From: Octopus bimaculoides
Lineage: Eukaryota
NCBI RefSeq assembly: GCF_001194135.2
Contig: NC_068986.1
Coordinates: 96,279,659-96,343,658 of the forward strand
Length of the DNA stretch: 64,000 nucleotides
Direction: 5' to 3'
Below, in pieces: positions 1-14,050 of this stretch. The first letter of the stretch is position 1, and each line of letters starts with the position of its first letter. Under the pieces are notes generated by a model. It searched no databases. It was given only the letters and a program-made list of their open reading frames with translations, and was not told the DNA's origin. A program made the position numbers and the translations under genes.

Positions 1-217
1 ACAAGCATAGAAAAAGACTCCTCCTGAGATTCAGAACCCTTGATTCATATTGCAGAAGATACAGAAGATAGTAGCATTGGTGGTTCACATTTCCCAGTAT
101 CACTACCGTTACTATAAAAGGAGATAGAACCAGTGACAAGGAAAACCCAAGATGATTTGTACCTTCCTTTAGCTGTAGAAGGCTGCTAGAGACCCACTCT
201 AATGGAACTTACTTTAA

Positions 218-432
218 CTCATTTGTTACCATATTTTTATTGAAATACACTGGTCTTGTTGTAATTAATTTCAAATATAAGAAAAATTTAGTAAAATGAT
301 TTGGTCATTATTAAATTCGTGATTGGAACATAAATTTACATGAAATTTTGATAGAAGATTTAATTTAGATAACTTTAAAACAAGTCACTTGTATCGTAGA
401 ACCAGGATTCTCACACAGGTTGGCATCAAGGG
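218..432. mobile_element. TTAA-flanked (piggyBac-type) MITE, degenerate
   Basis: TTAA at 214-217 and 433-436. Termini C(T)CATTTG.../...CAAGGG. Related sequence at ~30121-30260 and ~46310-46738. Confidence 0.5.
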
Positions 433-678
433 TTAAATTTGGCTGATATTGTAAAAGGCAGCACAACAGTTATTGGTAAATATCAAAGCATATTCCTCCT
501 AGAGTAGCCTTACATACTATACCTCTGGAGCCAGTTACTGTACCAAGGTCCCTTACAAAATAAGCTAGGGTCACAAAGCACTTAGTTACTGAGTGTAACT
601 ACAGCAAAGCTTGGCAGGAGTCTTGGTGTAGGAAAGGCTGTGCATGCAAGGAGAAAAGACATGTACTAGCCTGCTTAC

Positions 679-798
679 CACCTCACACATAGGCTTGCTT
701 GCAAGTAAGTGTTTTGAGTATTCTGTGGAATACTCAACAATAATTCGATGAGTTGGAAGTTCTGATAGTAGTTGATTAAACAACTGAGCGCGCGTTAC
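679..798 (-). CDS. Candidate exon of an unidentified minus-strand gene (VTRAQLFNQLLSELPTHRIIVEYSTEYSKHLLASKPMCEV)
   Basis: 120 nt, phase 0 to 0, ATTAAG| acceptor after a T-rich tract, strong GTG|GTAAGC donor. No recognised homologue. Confidence 0.4.
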
Positions 799-2230
799 CT
801 TAATAGTATATCAGAATAAAACAAAACACATAATACGTGTGTGTAAATGCAAAATACACACACACATGTATATATGTTTGAGTGAGTGTCTGTTCTGTGT
901 TGACATAATCCTTCAGATGAGCAAACTCATCTCGCTTCGATACTGTTCATACAACACTGACATTAAGCAGCTTTCTCTTACCATTGATACTTCAAGTTAT
1001 CTCCCTTCCCTTCATTCTCCTCATCTCTCTCTCTTTCTCTCTTCGTTGTTATCTTTCATTCTTCTGTCATTCTCCCTCCTTGTCTCTTTAAATATAATTG
1101 CTGTCACTCTTCCCTACCGTCTTATCTCTTTACTATATTCTCACTTTCTTTTTCTCTCCTTCCTTATCTGCTTATCCTATTGTTCTCTCATTCGTTCTGT
1201 CTCTCCACCTTTTTGTTTCTTTATTTTTCACTGCACTCTCTCTCTTTTTACTCCTTACTTTTCTCCCTCTCTTCTTTATGTCAGCTCTTCCTGATCTCCT
1301 TATCCCTTTCCTTCCTTGTTTCCTATTCTCTTTACTGTGCCACCTCTCTCTTCCTCTCCATCTATCTATTTATCTATCTATCTTTTTGCCTTCTCTCTCA
1401 AAATCTCTATTTTCCAGATTCTTTTTTCCCTTTTTCTCTTTGTATTTTCTTCTAACTCTTTCTTTAAAATATTTAGTACTATCACATCACTGAAGACTAG
1501 GTCTTTGAATTCTCCTGTGCCTCATTCCTGGAGAAATCATTTTTTAAAAATAACTTACCCCTTTTCTATTCTGCCACCTCACTGTATAACCTCATTTTAT
1601 CTGGAACTTTTTTCAAACAGAAATGTTTTTTACATAGTCTTTGCGGAGGTCCATTTGGGTAGGTGGTGTCACCACAGTTGCTAGTGATGTTCTCTAATTT
1701 ATTTATTTTTTTTAGGTAATGTTACAAAAACTTTCCTTGTTCCCTGAAGTTAAGAGCAGAGGAGGGCAGTGTCCATTTCTTTTGCAGGCCCTTCCAGACT
1801 GGTAAAATTAAGGTTGATTCCTATCTGTAACTGTTAAGAGCAGAGGGAGTTGTGCCTTTGACTGCTAACCAAAATGGACATCTACAAGGTAATGGCTACA
1901 GAGAAAAAAAAAAACTAAAAAAAAAAAAACTAGAATCGAGCAAGGAGGGGTCTTGAAGCCTGTTCCAAATACTTCCAAATGTTACTGAAGATACCTAAGT
2001 ACCATGAAAATGATACTGCAAGTGAGAAATGTCAATCTCCACAATCATCATTATTGAAAATGTGACTTCTAACTTTCTCTTTTCATACTAAAAATGAGAA
2101 TGACATAATTCCCCTGAAATGTATATAATTAGAACAATGTGTATAATTACATCAATAGATTTTTATAATTACATCAGTGGATTTTTGGTGTTTTTTTTTT
2201 GTTTTTTTTGCTTGTTTTTTTTTTTTTTAC

Positions 2231-2349
2231 TTCCTTGTAGCTCAAGAGGACAGTATTCAGGACCTTTTTTATGACCTCTGAGATTCGTAGGCGGCATTTA
2301 TCTTTAGACCGGAAACTTGGCCTGAATGCTAGGAATAAAGTGAACTCTA
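2231..2349 (-). CDS. Candidate exon of the same gene (VEFTLFLAFRPSFRSKDKCRLRISEVIKKVLNTVLLSYKE)
   Basis: NAGNAG acceptor (TTAG|TAG), phase 1 to 0, weak donor GAA|GTAAAA. Frame joins 679-798. Confidence 0.3.
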
Positions 2350-5300
2350 CTAAAGACACCCATGAGCCAGGTGATGATGTTAAAATAGGGATAGACTTTA
2401 TCTATTCCTCATAATTAGAATAATCTACATCCTTGAATGGAAATGTACCGTATTTTAACGTGATTAAGGAACCCCCTAATTTTTGGATCTTAAAATTTGG
2501 AAAAAATGGTTTTGTAAGGGATTATAATACTATCCATGTATAAGAAACTCCAACATTTCTTAACCTAATTTTTGACAAAAAAGCATTCCATCATCATCAT
2601 CATCATCATCGTTTAACGTCCGCTTTCCATGCTAGCATGGGTTGGACGATTTGACTGAGGACTGGTGAAACCGGATGGCAACACCAGGCTCCAATCTAAA
2701 TTTGGCAGAGTTTCTACAGCTGGATGCCCTTCCTAACGCCAACCAAAATACTGTAATCCTGAAAACTTCTCTGTATTTTGTACATGACATTGCATTCAAT
2801 GACAACAGCATATAGAATGAACCAACATGAAAAGCTCAAAGCAGTCTCTCCACTGGTTAGAAATAGCAACATAATATCCCTCAGCTACACCATACTATTT
2901 TTCAGTTACAACATACTATTTCAAAAAGGATAAACACATTGAGTTGTATAGTCCTGAACGAATGGATGGATGGATTTCTATTGGTTTTGGCAAAAAGGTT
3001 TCTGTTGTTGAAATGAGATGTTTGGGTGCTGCTGTTGTGACACTGAAGATTTGGCATGGTTGAGTGGACATTCAGCCTGTTCTGGTAAGAGTACTTTTTG
3101 GCACTGGTGGTAAACACACACACACACTTGTGTACATGCACACAAAGATACATGTACAGATAGAGTGGGAGAAGGAGAAACATTACAATTTATTAATTAA
3201 GCATGATTGACATAAACACTTTTCCTCTCCTCATACACATGCCAAGGAAGTATTCATCCATTTGGGTGCTAAGGCACTAGTGTTTGTCTATGATCAAGGG
3301 CTTTCCAGCTGTAATTGATCTGTCTTTTTGTATACCTAGGATGACATGTCCAGTTTATCCTTTTTTTTTTAATCTATAGAATATGATTTGGTAGAATTTA
3401 ATAACTATTTCTAGCATATGGACCAAAAAGACAAAGGACCCTCCAGCTTATTTGGAAAAGTTATTTAATTTTTGATGGTGACATGATCTCTGGACCTTTC
3501 TCTTTGTCCACCCTTTTTTCTTGCAGCTAACAATATTACAGATTAACTTGAAATTCAACTCTGTCAGTTCTTCATCAGTTGAACCAAGGAGGGAGAGCCT
3601 TTACATGGTTACCAGACTACTAGAAACTGCAGTCAGTTCTTTCTCCTCACCTCTCTCAAACCTTATCCATTCATTTTTCAATTAAAGGGCACATTTGATA
3701 ATGTAGTCCTGAGAACATGATGTCTGACAAAAAAAAAAATGGAGATGGTCGCAACTGGAATCCTTAATCATAAGCCAGCTTGATCAGGACTGATATCTAA
3801 ATAACACAAAAAACACCAGTCCTTCATCGGTCAGGAGGAAATCGCACTCCACATTGGACAGGATTGTTTTATAGTTAAAAAATATATTTGTGATACAAAG
3901 TGGATCTAAAAATAATTTTTTAAAAAAACTCATTTTTTTGTGAATATATATAATCACTAGTTGGTAGGGTAGGTGTTGTTTATCCCCTGATCAGTCCTGT
4001 CCTAGCAAGTTCCTATGGTTAAAGCTATTCAAACCATGACCACCCCATCTATCCAGAAACTGTGTCTCAGACTATAGTGACCTTTCTTCTTTTTAAAGGC
4101 AACAAAATATGGCTTATGCTTTCGTTCAGTTTTCTAGTTTACCAAACAGTCACAGACAAGCTTCTTTGTGGTAGAGTAGTGAGGGTATATGTTGACATGA
4201 AGTGGATTTGAAATAGAAACTGAAGAAGTGTATGTTGATGTAGAAACTAGAGAAGTGTATATTGTTTTATGAGGTGAATCAGAGAATAATGTTGCATTTT
4301 CATTGTAGATTGACAATTTATTCTATGACAAGGGATGAATGAGACAGTGGAGCTGAGGTCACTAAATTAATATCAAATGGTGAATGACAATGTAGAATAA
4401 AGTGCTCTGCCCAGAAACACAATGAACTGCCTGCAGTGTTGTTTTTAAAGTTGATTAAAGAAGGATGAGCAGTGACATGACTTTTGAAAGGTCATATATC
4501 CATACTAGTGGGACTGACAGGGCTGATGACCAACCTGAAAATGTCTGAAACAACATATGCAGGTAAAACATGGAAAGCAGATGGGTTTGAATGCTTACAA
4601 TAGAGTGACCTCTACCACAATAAAGGACAAAGTGGTGATGTTCAACTGGCAGCATATTACACCTACCACCCAAAAGGCCCTCAAATTGTACATTTTGTGT
4701 GGTACATATAATATGATAAATCAGAAAGTATGTGAAGCCTCTCAAGAGGTATTAGCATGTACTTCAACTCATCATACTTCATGTATAAGTGTGATGGTTT
4801 TAGCTGTATATTGATTCTGATCAATTAGGATGTGACAGTGTGGTATCGTGAGATTGAGTTACTGTAACTTACTCCTTGAGTTAGCCTTAATTAAATTATA
4901 TTGTAGAGACTGACGATACAGAAAAAGTGGAACGAATCTTATTAGTTTCGTTTTGCCTATTTAATTAAGATGCAGGTAAAACTTAGTCTCTGTCAAAACG
5001 AATTTTATAATAATCATTAATTACTCCAGTGTATGAGGCAACAAACATTTTGTACAGACATAAAATGTTTTCCTGTGCACATTTATTTCCTTTGTGAACA
5101 GTTTGCAAACCATACGCATGGCTTAGAGCAGTGATTCTTAATCTTTTTGACTTTGTACGTATGATGATGTGGTTAAAAAATTCGTCTTCCAACTATGTCG
5201 AGTATTTTGTGATACTTTCTCTGGTTATTTACATGTTGAAATCAAATTCTGCCAAGATCAACTTTGCCTCTTTTGTACTTTGCTCCAAAAATACCTTTCA

Positions 5301-6236
5301 AGGGTCAGTGTAATCGACCCTATGTTATAATTTAAGCCTTGAGCTTAAATTATAACATAGAAAGCCACACATCGGAAGGGATACGTATGTACTTAATTAC
5401 TCATTCTATTATCTACTACATTTATAATAATTTGCTCAACGTGGTCACTCGGTGTGCTAGAAATATCAACCAAATTATCCTCAAATCTATTAAAAATAGT
5501 AAAGATATTTTGGGTAATGAAGTCCGAAACGCAACAATCGATAATAAAAAAAAATGTGGTCGCATGGTTTCAACGTCTTTGATTGTAGTGTGCTTGGTCA
5601 GCTCAGCATCATACAGTCTGAGAGTTACAAGGCCAGTAATTTAGGTAATGGTGGTAATGTGTGGAAGAGTGTCGTCAATTGGATTGACTATAATTAATTG
5701 ATTGATGTTGTTTTATTGACCTTCAGAGAAGGAAAGTCAAAGTCGACTTCTGAGGGATTTGAACTCGGAATGTAAAGCAGTGAATTTAAATACGCCGTAT
5801 CAACGTGATACACCATCACCTCTGTAAGTATTATAAGGATTTCTAACATTAGTACAAGAAGTGGAATTTTGGGGATGGTGGTGGTTATAATTAATTTAAG
5901 CCGATTCAGTACTTGAGTACTTGAATTTTATTGACTCTTGGAATACGGGATAAATGTCGACCTCGATAGGATTTGAACTCAGAACGTAAAGGGATTGTAG
6001 TTCAATACCGCTTTGATTATTCTGCCAATCTACCACCCCGTGTGAGTATTGTACTTACACACTAGTATGTGTATATGCATGTATGTTCTACATACATGCA
6101 TACTCACAGAGATAGAGAGAACGAGATAGCTACACACGTTCTTATGTACCACATACACCCATAAAAGCATATATCAACTTTGCACACACATACATATGGA
6201 CAACTGTTGTCTTAGGTCACATTATAAGAAGACCAC

Positions 6237-6300
6237 CTGACAAACAACGAAACCAGCAGATGTGTCGATCGTCCATGGATTCATCTTCGGCTCCACACAT
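6237..6300 (-). CDS. Candidate first coding exon (MCGAEDESMDDRHICWFRCLS-)
   Basis: ATG with an in-frame stop 18 nt upstream in a locally CpG-rich patch. Weak donor CAG|GTGGTC, phase 1, compatible with 2231-2349. Confidence 0.25.
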
Positions 6301-7194
6301 CTCGGCATCAACCTGTCAATGGACGACTGACAGTACCAAGCCCCGCTACTCATGCGCACACACGCTCACATGTATCTACGTCAGAGATGACATGACCTAG
6401 TAACCATGACGACCGCACACGGAGTGGTGGAGTGAGCAAGACGGGAGTAATGGTGTATGGAGTGAAAGGGTGGAGTATGAGTGGCGAGGGACAAAGTATT
6501 TTATCTGCTGCAACAGTTGGAGTGAAGCTTGCTGTTGCTATGGTGATGTAGGCTGGAAATTCCCGTATTGAGTTACTGTCATAGCTTGTGCATTTGTGCT
6601 GTGAGGGGGGGTTATAGTGGTGTTGGTGTCGTTTAACACTGGTCAGCCCTTAATCAGCGGACCTATGATCAAAGGTGTTCCAACTATGGCCATCCCTGCT
6701 TTTTTGTTTTTTAGACACTATCTAGAAATGCATTATCCAATATAACTGATATGACGAATATTTCGCTGTTTTTTCTAGCAGGCCGAGCGACCACTCTACC
6801 TTCGTTTGTAGTGTAGTAGGGGAGGTGAGTTGTGAGGTTTGAGACTGTAGTGTCGCTGTGTGGTCTGTTGTGAGATGTAGTGTTACCGTTGCCGTTTGAT
6901 GGGCTACATCGTGGTGAGTGATGGTGGTGTTGTTTAACTCCAGATCAGTCGTAAACCAATAACCTTATATGATTAAAGGGTTTCCAGCTGTGGCTATCTC
7001 TCCTTTTAGTTTTTCAGCAAAATATATATATGCATGTATAGGTTGAGTGTCATCTGAAGAATATTCTACTACTATTTCTAGTATATCGAGTGACCACTTA
7101 GAGGCTTTCAGTTTGGCTTGTGTAACTATGCGGTATTGTGTTGTGCGGTTATGCGGTGTTGTATAATGCGATTATAATCTTAAATTTGTTTCAG

Positions 7195-7403
7195 TCATTA
7201 AATCTCGACCATACTGGAGCACCGCCTTCAAGAATTTTTAGTCGAACGAATGGATACTTGTACTTTTTATTTAAAAAGCTGGTACTTATTCTTTCGGTCT
7301 TTTTTTTTCTCGAACCGGTAAGTTACGGGGATGAATACAAACCAACAGAGGTCATCAAGCGGTGAGTGGGGGACAAACACAAACTATAAACACACACGCG
7401 CAC

Positions 7404-7461
<58 letters not shown>

Positions 7462-7532
7462 GATTATCCAAAATTCTGACTGTTTCGTTTTTTTCAATAT
7501 ACAATATCTTTATAACTCTTCAAGCACTCTAT

Positions 7533-7563
<31 letters not shown>

Positions 7564-7735
7564 CATATATATATAGATATATAGGACGGGCTTCTTTGAG
7601 TTTCCGTCTCCCAAATCCATTTACAATGCTTTGGTTGGGCCCAAGGCTATAGTAGAAGACACTTCCCCAAGGTGCCATGCAGTGGGACTGCACCTGGAAC
7701 CACGTGGTTGGGAAACAAACTTCTTACCTCACGCC
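7195..7735 (-). mobile_element. SINE family A (tRNA-like head, CORE-like centre, microsatellite, A-rich tail), degenerate copy
   Basis: Reverse complement of the 44364-44729 type element. Confidence 0.8.
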
Positions 7736-8193
7736 TGTGAAAAGAGGTATTGTGTGGTGTATGTTTTGGTTATATATAGCATATTGGTTGTGGTGTAATA
7801 TATTGTAGCATGTTCAATCACTTAACTCTGTGGTGTCTTGTGATGTAGTATTGTTGGGTAGAGTATGATGTTCTGCAATGCTAAGTGTTGCGGGATGCTG
7901 TGGTATTTTGTGACTTTGCTTGACATAAGGTTTTCTCTTTTATCCTCTACTTGTTTCAGTCATTAGACTGCAGCCATGCTGGGGCACAGCTATGAAGAAC
8001 TTTTAGTCAAATGAATTGACTCGGGTACTTATTTTTTTGTTGAGACTGCTACTTATTTTATCAGTCTTTTTGCTGAACCGCTAAATTACAAGGACGTAAA
8101 CACACCAACACCGGCTGTCAAGCAGTGGTGGTGGACGCGCGCGCGCGCGCGTGTGCGTATAGAGTTAAAAGAAGAAAACAAAATGGAGATATA

Positions 8194-8610
8194 GGCGCAG
8201 GAGTCGCTGTATGGTAAGTAGCTTGCTTACCAATCACATGGCTCTGGGTTCAGTCCCACTGAGTGGCACCTTGGGCAAGTGTCTTCTACTATAGCCTTGG
8301 GCTGACCAAAGCCTTGTGAGTGGATTTGGTAGACGGAAACTGAAAGAAGCCCGTCATATATATATCTATATGTATGTATGTGCATGTATATGTTTGTGTG
8401 CGTGTGTGTGTCCCAACATCGCTTGACAACCGATGCTGGTGTATTTACGTCCCCGTAACTCAGCAGTTCAGCAAAAGAGACTGATAGAATAAGTACAAGG
8501 CTTACACAGAATAAGTCCTGGGGTCGATTTGCTCGACTGAAGGTGGTGCTCCAGCATGGCTGCAGTCAAAATGACTGTAACTAGTAAAAGAATAAAAGAA
8601 TAAAGAATAA
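8194..8610 (+). mobile_element. SINE family A, full-length copy
   Basis: GGCGCAGGAG head, B-box-like GGTTCAGTCCC, CACCTTGGGCAAGTG core, (AAAGAAT)n tail. Confidence 0.85.
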
Positions 8611-9324
8611 GGAAGTTAACAATTATTTATTATTAACAAATTTATCCTCTTCGCTTCTTACTGCCATTTCAATTAATACTCAATAATTCAATTACAAATT
8701 TGTCCATTAAATTTGCATTTATGTGACATGAGCATAATTTCATCAGAAAAAAGATGTACCTTGGGATGTTATATGTGGACCTATCAATTCATTTCATATA
8801 ACATCTCAAGGTACATCTCTTTTTCTCTGTTGAAATTATGCACGTATCACATAAAGGCAAATTTAATGTACAAATTTGTAATTAAATTATTGAGTATTAA
8901 TTGAAACAGCTGTAAGAAGTGAAGATGACCAATTTGTTCATAATAAATAATTGTTAACTTCCTTATCTCCATTTTTTAAACTTCTTTTAACTGGATATAA
9001 ACTATATACCTATTGTTTTAAGGGAATTTCATTTCCCAACAATACTAGGTATTGAACCAGTACTTCCTTGGATGCAACTATGAGGTTAACATATCTTCTA
9101 ATTATATATACATATATATATATATAATCATAATAAATATACAGGGATTAGCAATTGAGTTGCTTCTCCAACATACTGAAAATTTAGAAATAGCAGTCAA
9201 AGAACTACTGATTCTAAACTACAAATTTTTCTCTAAAACGGATGGCGATATTTATGGCACACACACATACATACATACATGTATATATAATGCGTGTATC
9301 TATATATAAACATACATACATATA

Positions 9325-9620
9325 TGTGTGTATCATCATCATCATCATCATCGTTTAACGTCCGCTTTCCATGCTAGCATGGGTTGGACGATTTGACTGA
9401 GGACTGGTGAAACCGGATGGCAACACCAGGCTCCAATCTAATTTGGCAGAGTTTCTACAGCTGGATGCCCTTCCTAACGCCAACCACTCAGAGAGTGTAG
9501 TGGGTGCTTTTACATGTCACTCGCACGAAAACGGCCACGCTTGAAATGGTGTCTTTTATGTGCCACCTGCACAAGAGCCAGTCCAGGGGCACTGGCAACG
9601 ATCTCACTCGAAAACCCTAT
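9325..9620 (-). mobile_element. SINE family B ((GAT)n tail; GGAAGGGCATCCAGCTGTAGAAAC RTE-like 3' part)
   Basis: Near-identical to copies at 2590-2750, 21990-22228, 37362-38050, 52907-53420 and 54248-54425. Confidence 0.85.
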
Positions 9621-10010
9621 ATATANNNNNNNNNNNNNNNNNNNNNNNNNNNNNNNNNNNNNNNNNNNNNNNNNNNNNNNNNNNNNNNNNNNNNNNNNNN
9701 NNNNNNNNNNNNNNNNNNNNNNNNNNNNNNNNNNNNNNNNNNNNNNNNNNNNNNNNNNNNNNNNNNNNNNNNNNNNNNNNNNNNNNNNNNNNNNNNNNNN
9801 NNNNNNNNNNNNNATATATATATATAGATATATATATATATATATATATGATGAACTTCTCTCAGTGTCCGTCTACCAAATCCACTCACAAGGCTTCGGT
9901 GGGTCCAGGGCTATAGCAGAAGGCACTTGTCCATGGTATCACACAGTGGGAGTGAACCTGGAACCATGTGTTTGCAAGGGAACCTTCTTACCACACAACC
10001 ACACCTGTGA

Positions 10011-10900
10011 AATTGTGAGGTATTGTGTTGGGTCTTGTAATGATAAGTATTGTTGGGCAGTAGAGTATTGTATAGTATCTTGTGATCTGGAATGTTGTGC
10101 CATAGCAAGGTGTAGTGTCTGATGGTATGTAGTGTGTTGTTGGATAGTGTGATATTGTATAGTAACTTGTGACCTGGAGTGTTTTGGGGGGTTGTGAGGT
10201 GTTGTGCAATGTTCTGTGGAGTGTTGTTGGGTAGTGAGGTATTCTGTAGTGCCTTTTGGAGTGTTGTAGGGTATTGTGGTATTGTATAGTATCTTATGAT
10301 CTGGAATGTTGTGAGGTGCAAGGTGTGTAGTATTTTGTGATGTGAAGCATTATTGGGTGGTGGAGCATTGCATGGTGTCTTGTGGTGAGGGATGTTGTAA
10401 GGTTTTTAGCATCTTGTGATGTGGTGCCTTGTGGGATAGTGTCATGTGATGTAACGTGTGGTATTGTATGCAGCATCTTGTGATGTGGGGTGTTGTGAAA
10501 TAGTGCCATGTCTTGTGACATGTAGTGTTGTGGTATTTTATGCAGTGTCTTGTGTTGTGAGATAGTGTTGTTTTGTGATGAAGAGTAATGTGGGATAGTA
10601 TGAGGTAGTGTTGTGTTTTGTGATGTGATGTTGTATAGTGTCTTCTGATGTGGGATAATGTGGCATCTAGTGTGAGGGTAGTTGATGTCTGGCACTGTGA
10701 AGTGTTGTGGTATTGTGTAGCATCTTGTTATGTGAAATGTTATGGAGTTAGTGTGATTTCTAGTGTGGTGGAGTGTTCTGCAGTGTCTTGTGATGTTGAG
10801 TAGTGCGGTGTCTTGTGATGTGGTTTGCAATTGGGTTGTGTGGGATAGCAGGGTATGGGGTAGATCGAAATGTGGAACTAATTGAATAAGCCATGGTGTG
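10011..10900. repeat. Degenerate G/T-rich short-period satellite (~5-bp TGTRG/TGTGA periodicity)
   Basis: Visible periodic TGTG/GTAGT/TATTG units. Similar tracts at ~6800-6930 and ~7745-7920. Confidence 0.7.
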
Positions 10901-11880
10901 GTGTGCAAAGGGTGGAGGGCAGGAGCTGTGTGGAAAGCTACTAGAGGTGGTAGTAGTGGTAAGAGGTGATAATTTTAGTAGAGTGTCATGGGTAGTAGTA
11001 TGAGGCTGCACAGTGCTTCGGTTACAATGGTAAATGGTGGTGGTAGTGATGGGTCAAGAGAGAGAGAAAGAGAGATTTATGTGTATGTGTGTGTAAGAGA
11101 GAATAAGGGTGAGGGAGAGAGAAAAAGAGAGAGAGACCATATGTGTGTGTGTAAGAGAGATTAAGGGAGAGAAAGTAAAGAAGCGAGCAAGAGAGACTAT
11201 ATGTATATGTGAGTGTAAGAGAGAGAGTGAGAGAGTAAGGAAAAATGAGATGTGGTGGAAGGGTGGATTCGCTAATGATAAAATACAAATGGTAGATACC
11301 AAGTAGATATCGATGAATATTGATAATGATGCTGATGATGCTGAAGTTGATGACATCACTATGGAGACAGATATATATTAAAAAAAAAAAATCAGCTGAA
11401 TTTGTTTTCTCAGACATAATACACCGTGACATAGCAAGGTTTTCTAGAATAACGATTTCTTGTATTGGCATAAGGAGAAACATTTGTAGATGGAGACTAT
11501 AGATAAATGAATTGATCCTAGTGTATAACTGGTACCAAGTCATCAAGGGGGCTACTACATGGCCATTTGATCTGCTAGAAACAGCAGCTAAATAACTCTC
11601 AGATTACACACTTCATCAGTACCATCATTTAATGTCCACTTTTCTATGCTTACATGGGTTCAATAGTGTTTATTTGAGGCAAATTTTCTACAGTAGGATG
11701 CCCTGCCTATTGCCAAACCTCACCTATTTCCAAGCAAGGTAATATTTCCCCATGGCCAGGTATGTTCCCACAGAATATTGGAAATGAATAACATTGCTTG
11801 TATGACTGACAATTATTTTACAGCTATTACAAGATGTCAAAACAAGGGACACAAACACACCTGTATTCATACACACACAG

Positions 11881-11911
<31 letters not shown>

Positions 11912-12522
11912 GGTGCTGACTGGACCATATGGTAAGAAGTTTGCTTGCCAACCCCACATGGTTCTGAGTTGGGACCCACTGCATGGTAACTTGGGCAAGT
12001 GCCTTCTACTATAGCCCTGGGTTGATCAAAGCCTTGTGAGTGCATTAGGCAGACGGAAACTCAAAGAAAGCCGCTGTGCCTCACAGCGTTCATACACACA
12101 TAATTTTTCCCGTCTGGCCGTATAGCCTTTTCTGTTTGTTTTCCTGTCTTGTTTTTTGTCCGCCACTACATTCCTCCATGGCAAGGTTTAATTTGTGTAT
12201 ACAAATTTAATTTGTGGTCCATGGGAAGAGCCGTTTTAACGACGCGTCCTACCCAGCTCTTCGAAACACCGGTGTTAAAACGGGGGTAGCTGATGAAGGA
12301 GAATGTTCTCTATGTGGCTTGTGTGTTTTCTCGTCTACGTTTTGTTTGTAATGTCCTGTACCCAGATATGCACCTATACATACAGGTGGATGTCGGTATG
12401 CACATACCTGTACGTATATATGCATNNNNNNNNNNNNNNNNNNNNNNNNNNNNNNNNNNNNNNNNNNNNNNNNNNNNNNNNNNNNNNNNNNNNNNNNNNN
12501 NNNNNNNNNNNNNNNNNNNNNN

Positions 12523-12556
<34 letters not shown>

Positions 12557-12787
12557 TCTGTCTACTAAATCCACTCATGAGGTTTTGGTCAGTCCAGAAA
12601 AAATAAAGGACACATGTAATGTAGTCCAATAGATTGTTTAGTCAGAAAGGAAAAGGCTGTGATATCTTGCATGCATTAATTTCAACCCTTCTTATTAAAT
12701 AATTGCACTGTTTCTTTCCAGGCAAACTGACATCTGACTGTTCAAAGAAATCTTCAGGAGTAATTTTAGTAGGGACTTTTCTTGAAA

Positions 12788-12975
12788 ATGAACAAAATTT
12801 GGCATCGTGGTGTCATCAAGTACCTGCAGGAAAAGGCTTTAGACCCCAACGACATTCATGCCTACATGATTACTAATAAAGCTCCAGCTTTATTAACATT
12901 GCAAAATTGAGCAGCTGAATTTAGAAGGTTTAAGGAGTCTTGAAGATGATCCAAGATCTAGACATCCTGCAACAT
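12788..12975 (+). mobile_element. Mariner transposase N-terminal relic
   Basis: Translates MNKIWHRGVIKYLQEKALDPNDIHA...LQN*AAEFRR..E(S)L.DDPRS, the mariner paired-HTH pattern, with stops and frameshifts. Confidence 0.75.
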
Positions 12976-13639
12976 TCTGAAAATTCTGCTTAAAGTTGAA
13001 TTAATTAAGTGAGACCAGTACTTAACTGGTCCTCCGCCTCCTCCTCACCACTGCCACCACCATCACCACCACTATCATCATCATCTAGCATTAGCTTTTT
13101 CATGGTTGCATAGGTGAGATGGAGTTTACTGAGGTAGATTTTCTACAGCTGAATGCTCTTTTTGTTACCACTTTCAAATATTTCCAAGCAAAGTGGTAAT
13201 TTCGCCATAGCTAGATGTGTCTTTTTTTTTTACAGAATACTGGAAATGAAGAACCTCACTTGTATGGCTGTAATACTTATTTACAACCATCGTGTGATAT
13301 CTTGACATGGGTATACATAAACACATACACACATGCATATATACAAAAATATATATATATATATGACACTTGTCAAAAATGCCATGGAGTGAGGCCAAAC
13401 CAAAAACTACATGGTTGAGAAACAAACTTCTTAACGACACAGCCATGCCTGATCCACCTAGGAAAGAGGTAAGGAAAACTGAACTCCAAACGGGACTTGA
13501 ATCAAGAATGTAGTGGATATTATAAGGAATTTAAATCATTGGTATATTGTTTGTATTTTGCAAACAGCATGTCCAAAAATAATGATTTCTTCAAGGTCAC
13601 AAATTTCTTAGGAAGAAGACTTAGTCAATTGGAGTAAAC

Positions 13640-14050
<411 letters not shown>

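Noticed and set aside
839-1684. Several 90-150-aa plus-strand ORFs (Leu/Ser/Phe-rich)
   Set aside because: Produced by a pyrimidine-rich low-complexity tract; open in all frames; no domain signal.
4455-4814. Possible DNA-transposase fragment
   Set aside because: No diagnostic motif identified in any frame.
9504-10122. Long ORFs spanning N-runs (also at 12.2-12.6, 26.7-27.1, 37.4-38.1, 41.4-41.9, 49.3-49.6 and 62.2-62.5 kb)
   Set aside because: Open only because N codons lack stops; the flanks are SINE or microsatellite sequence.
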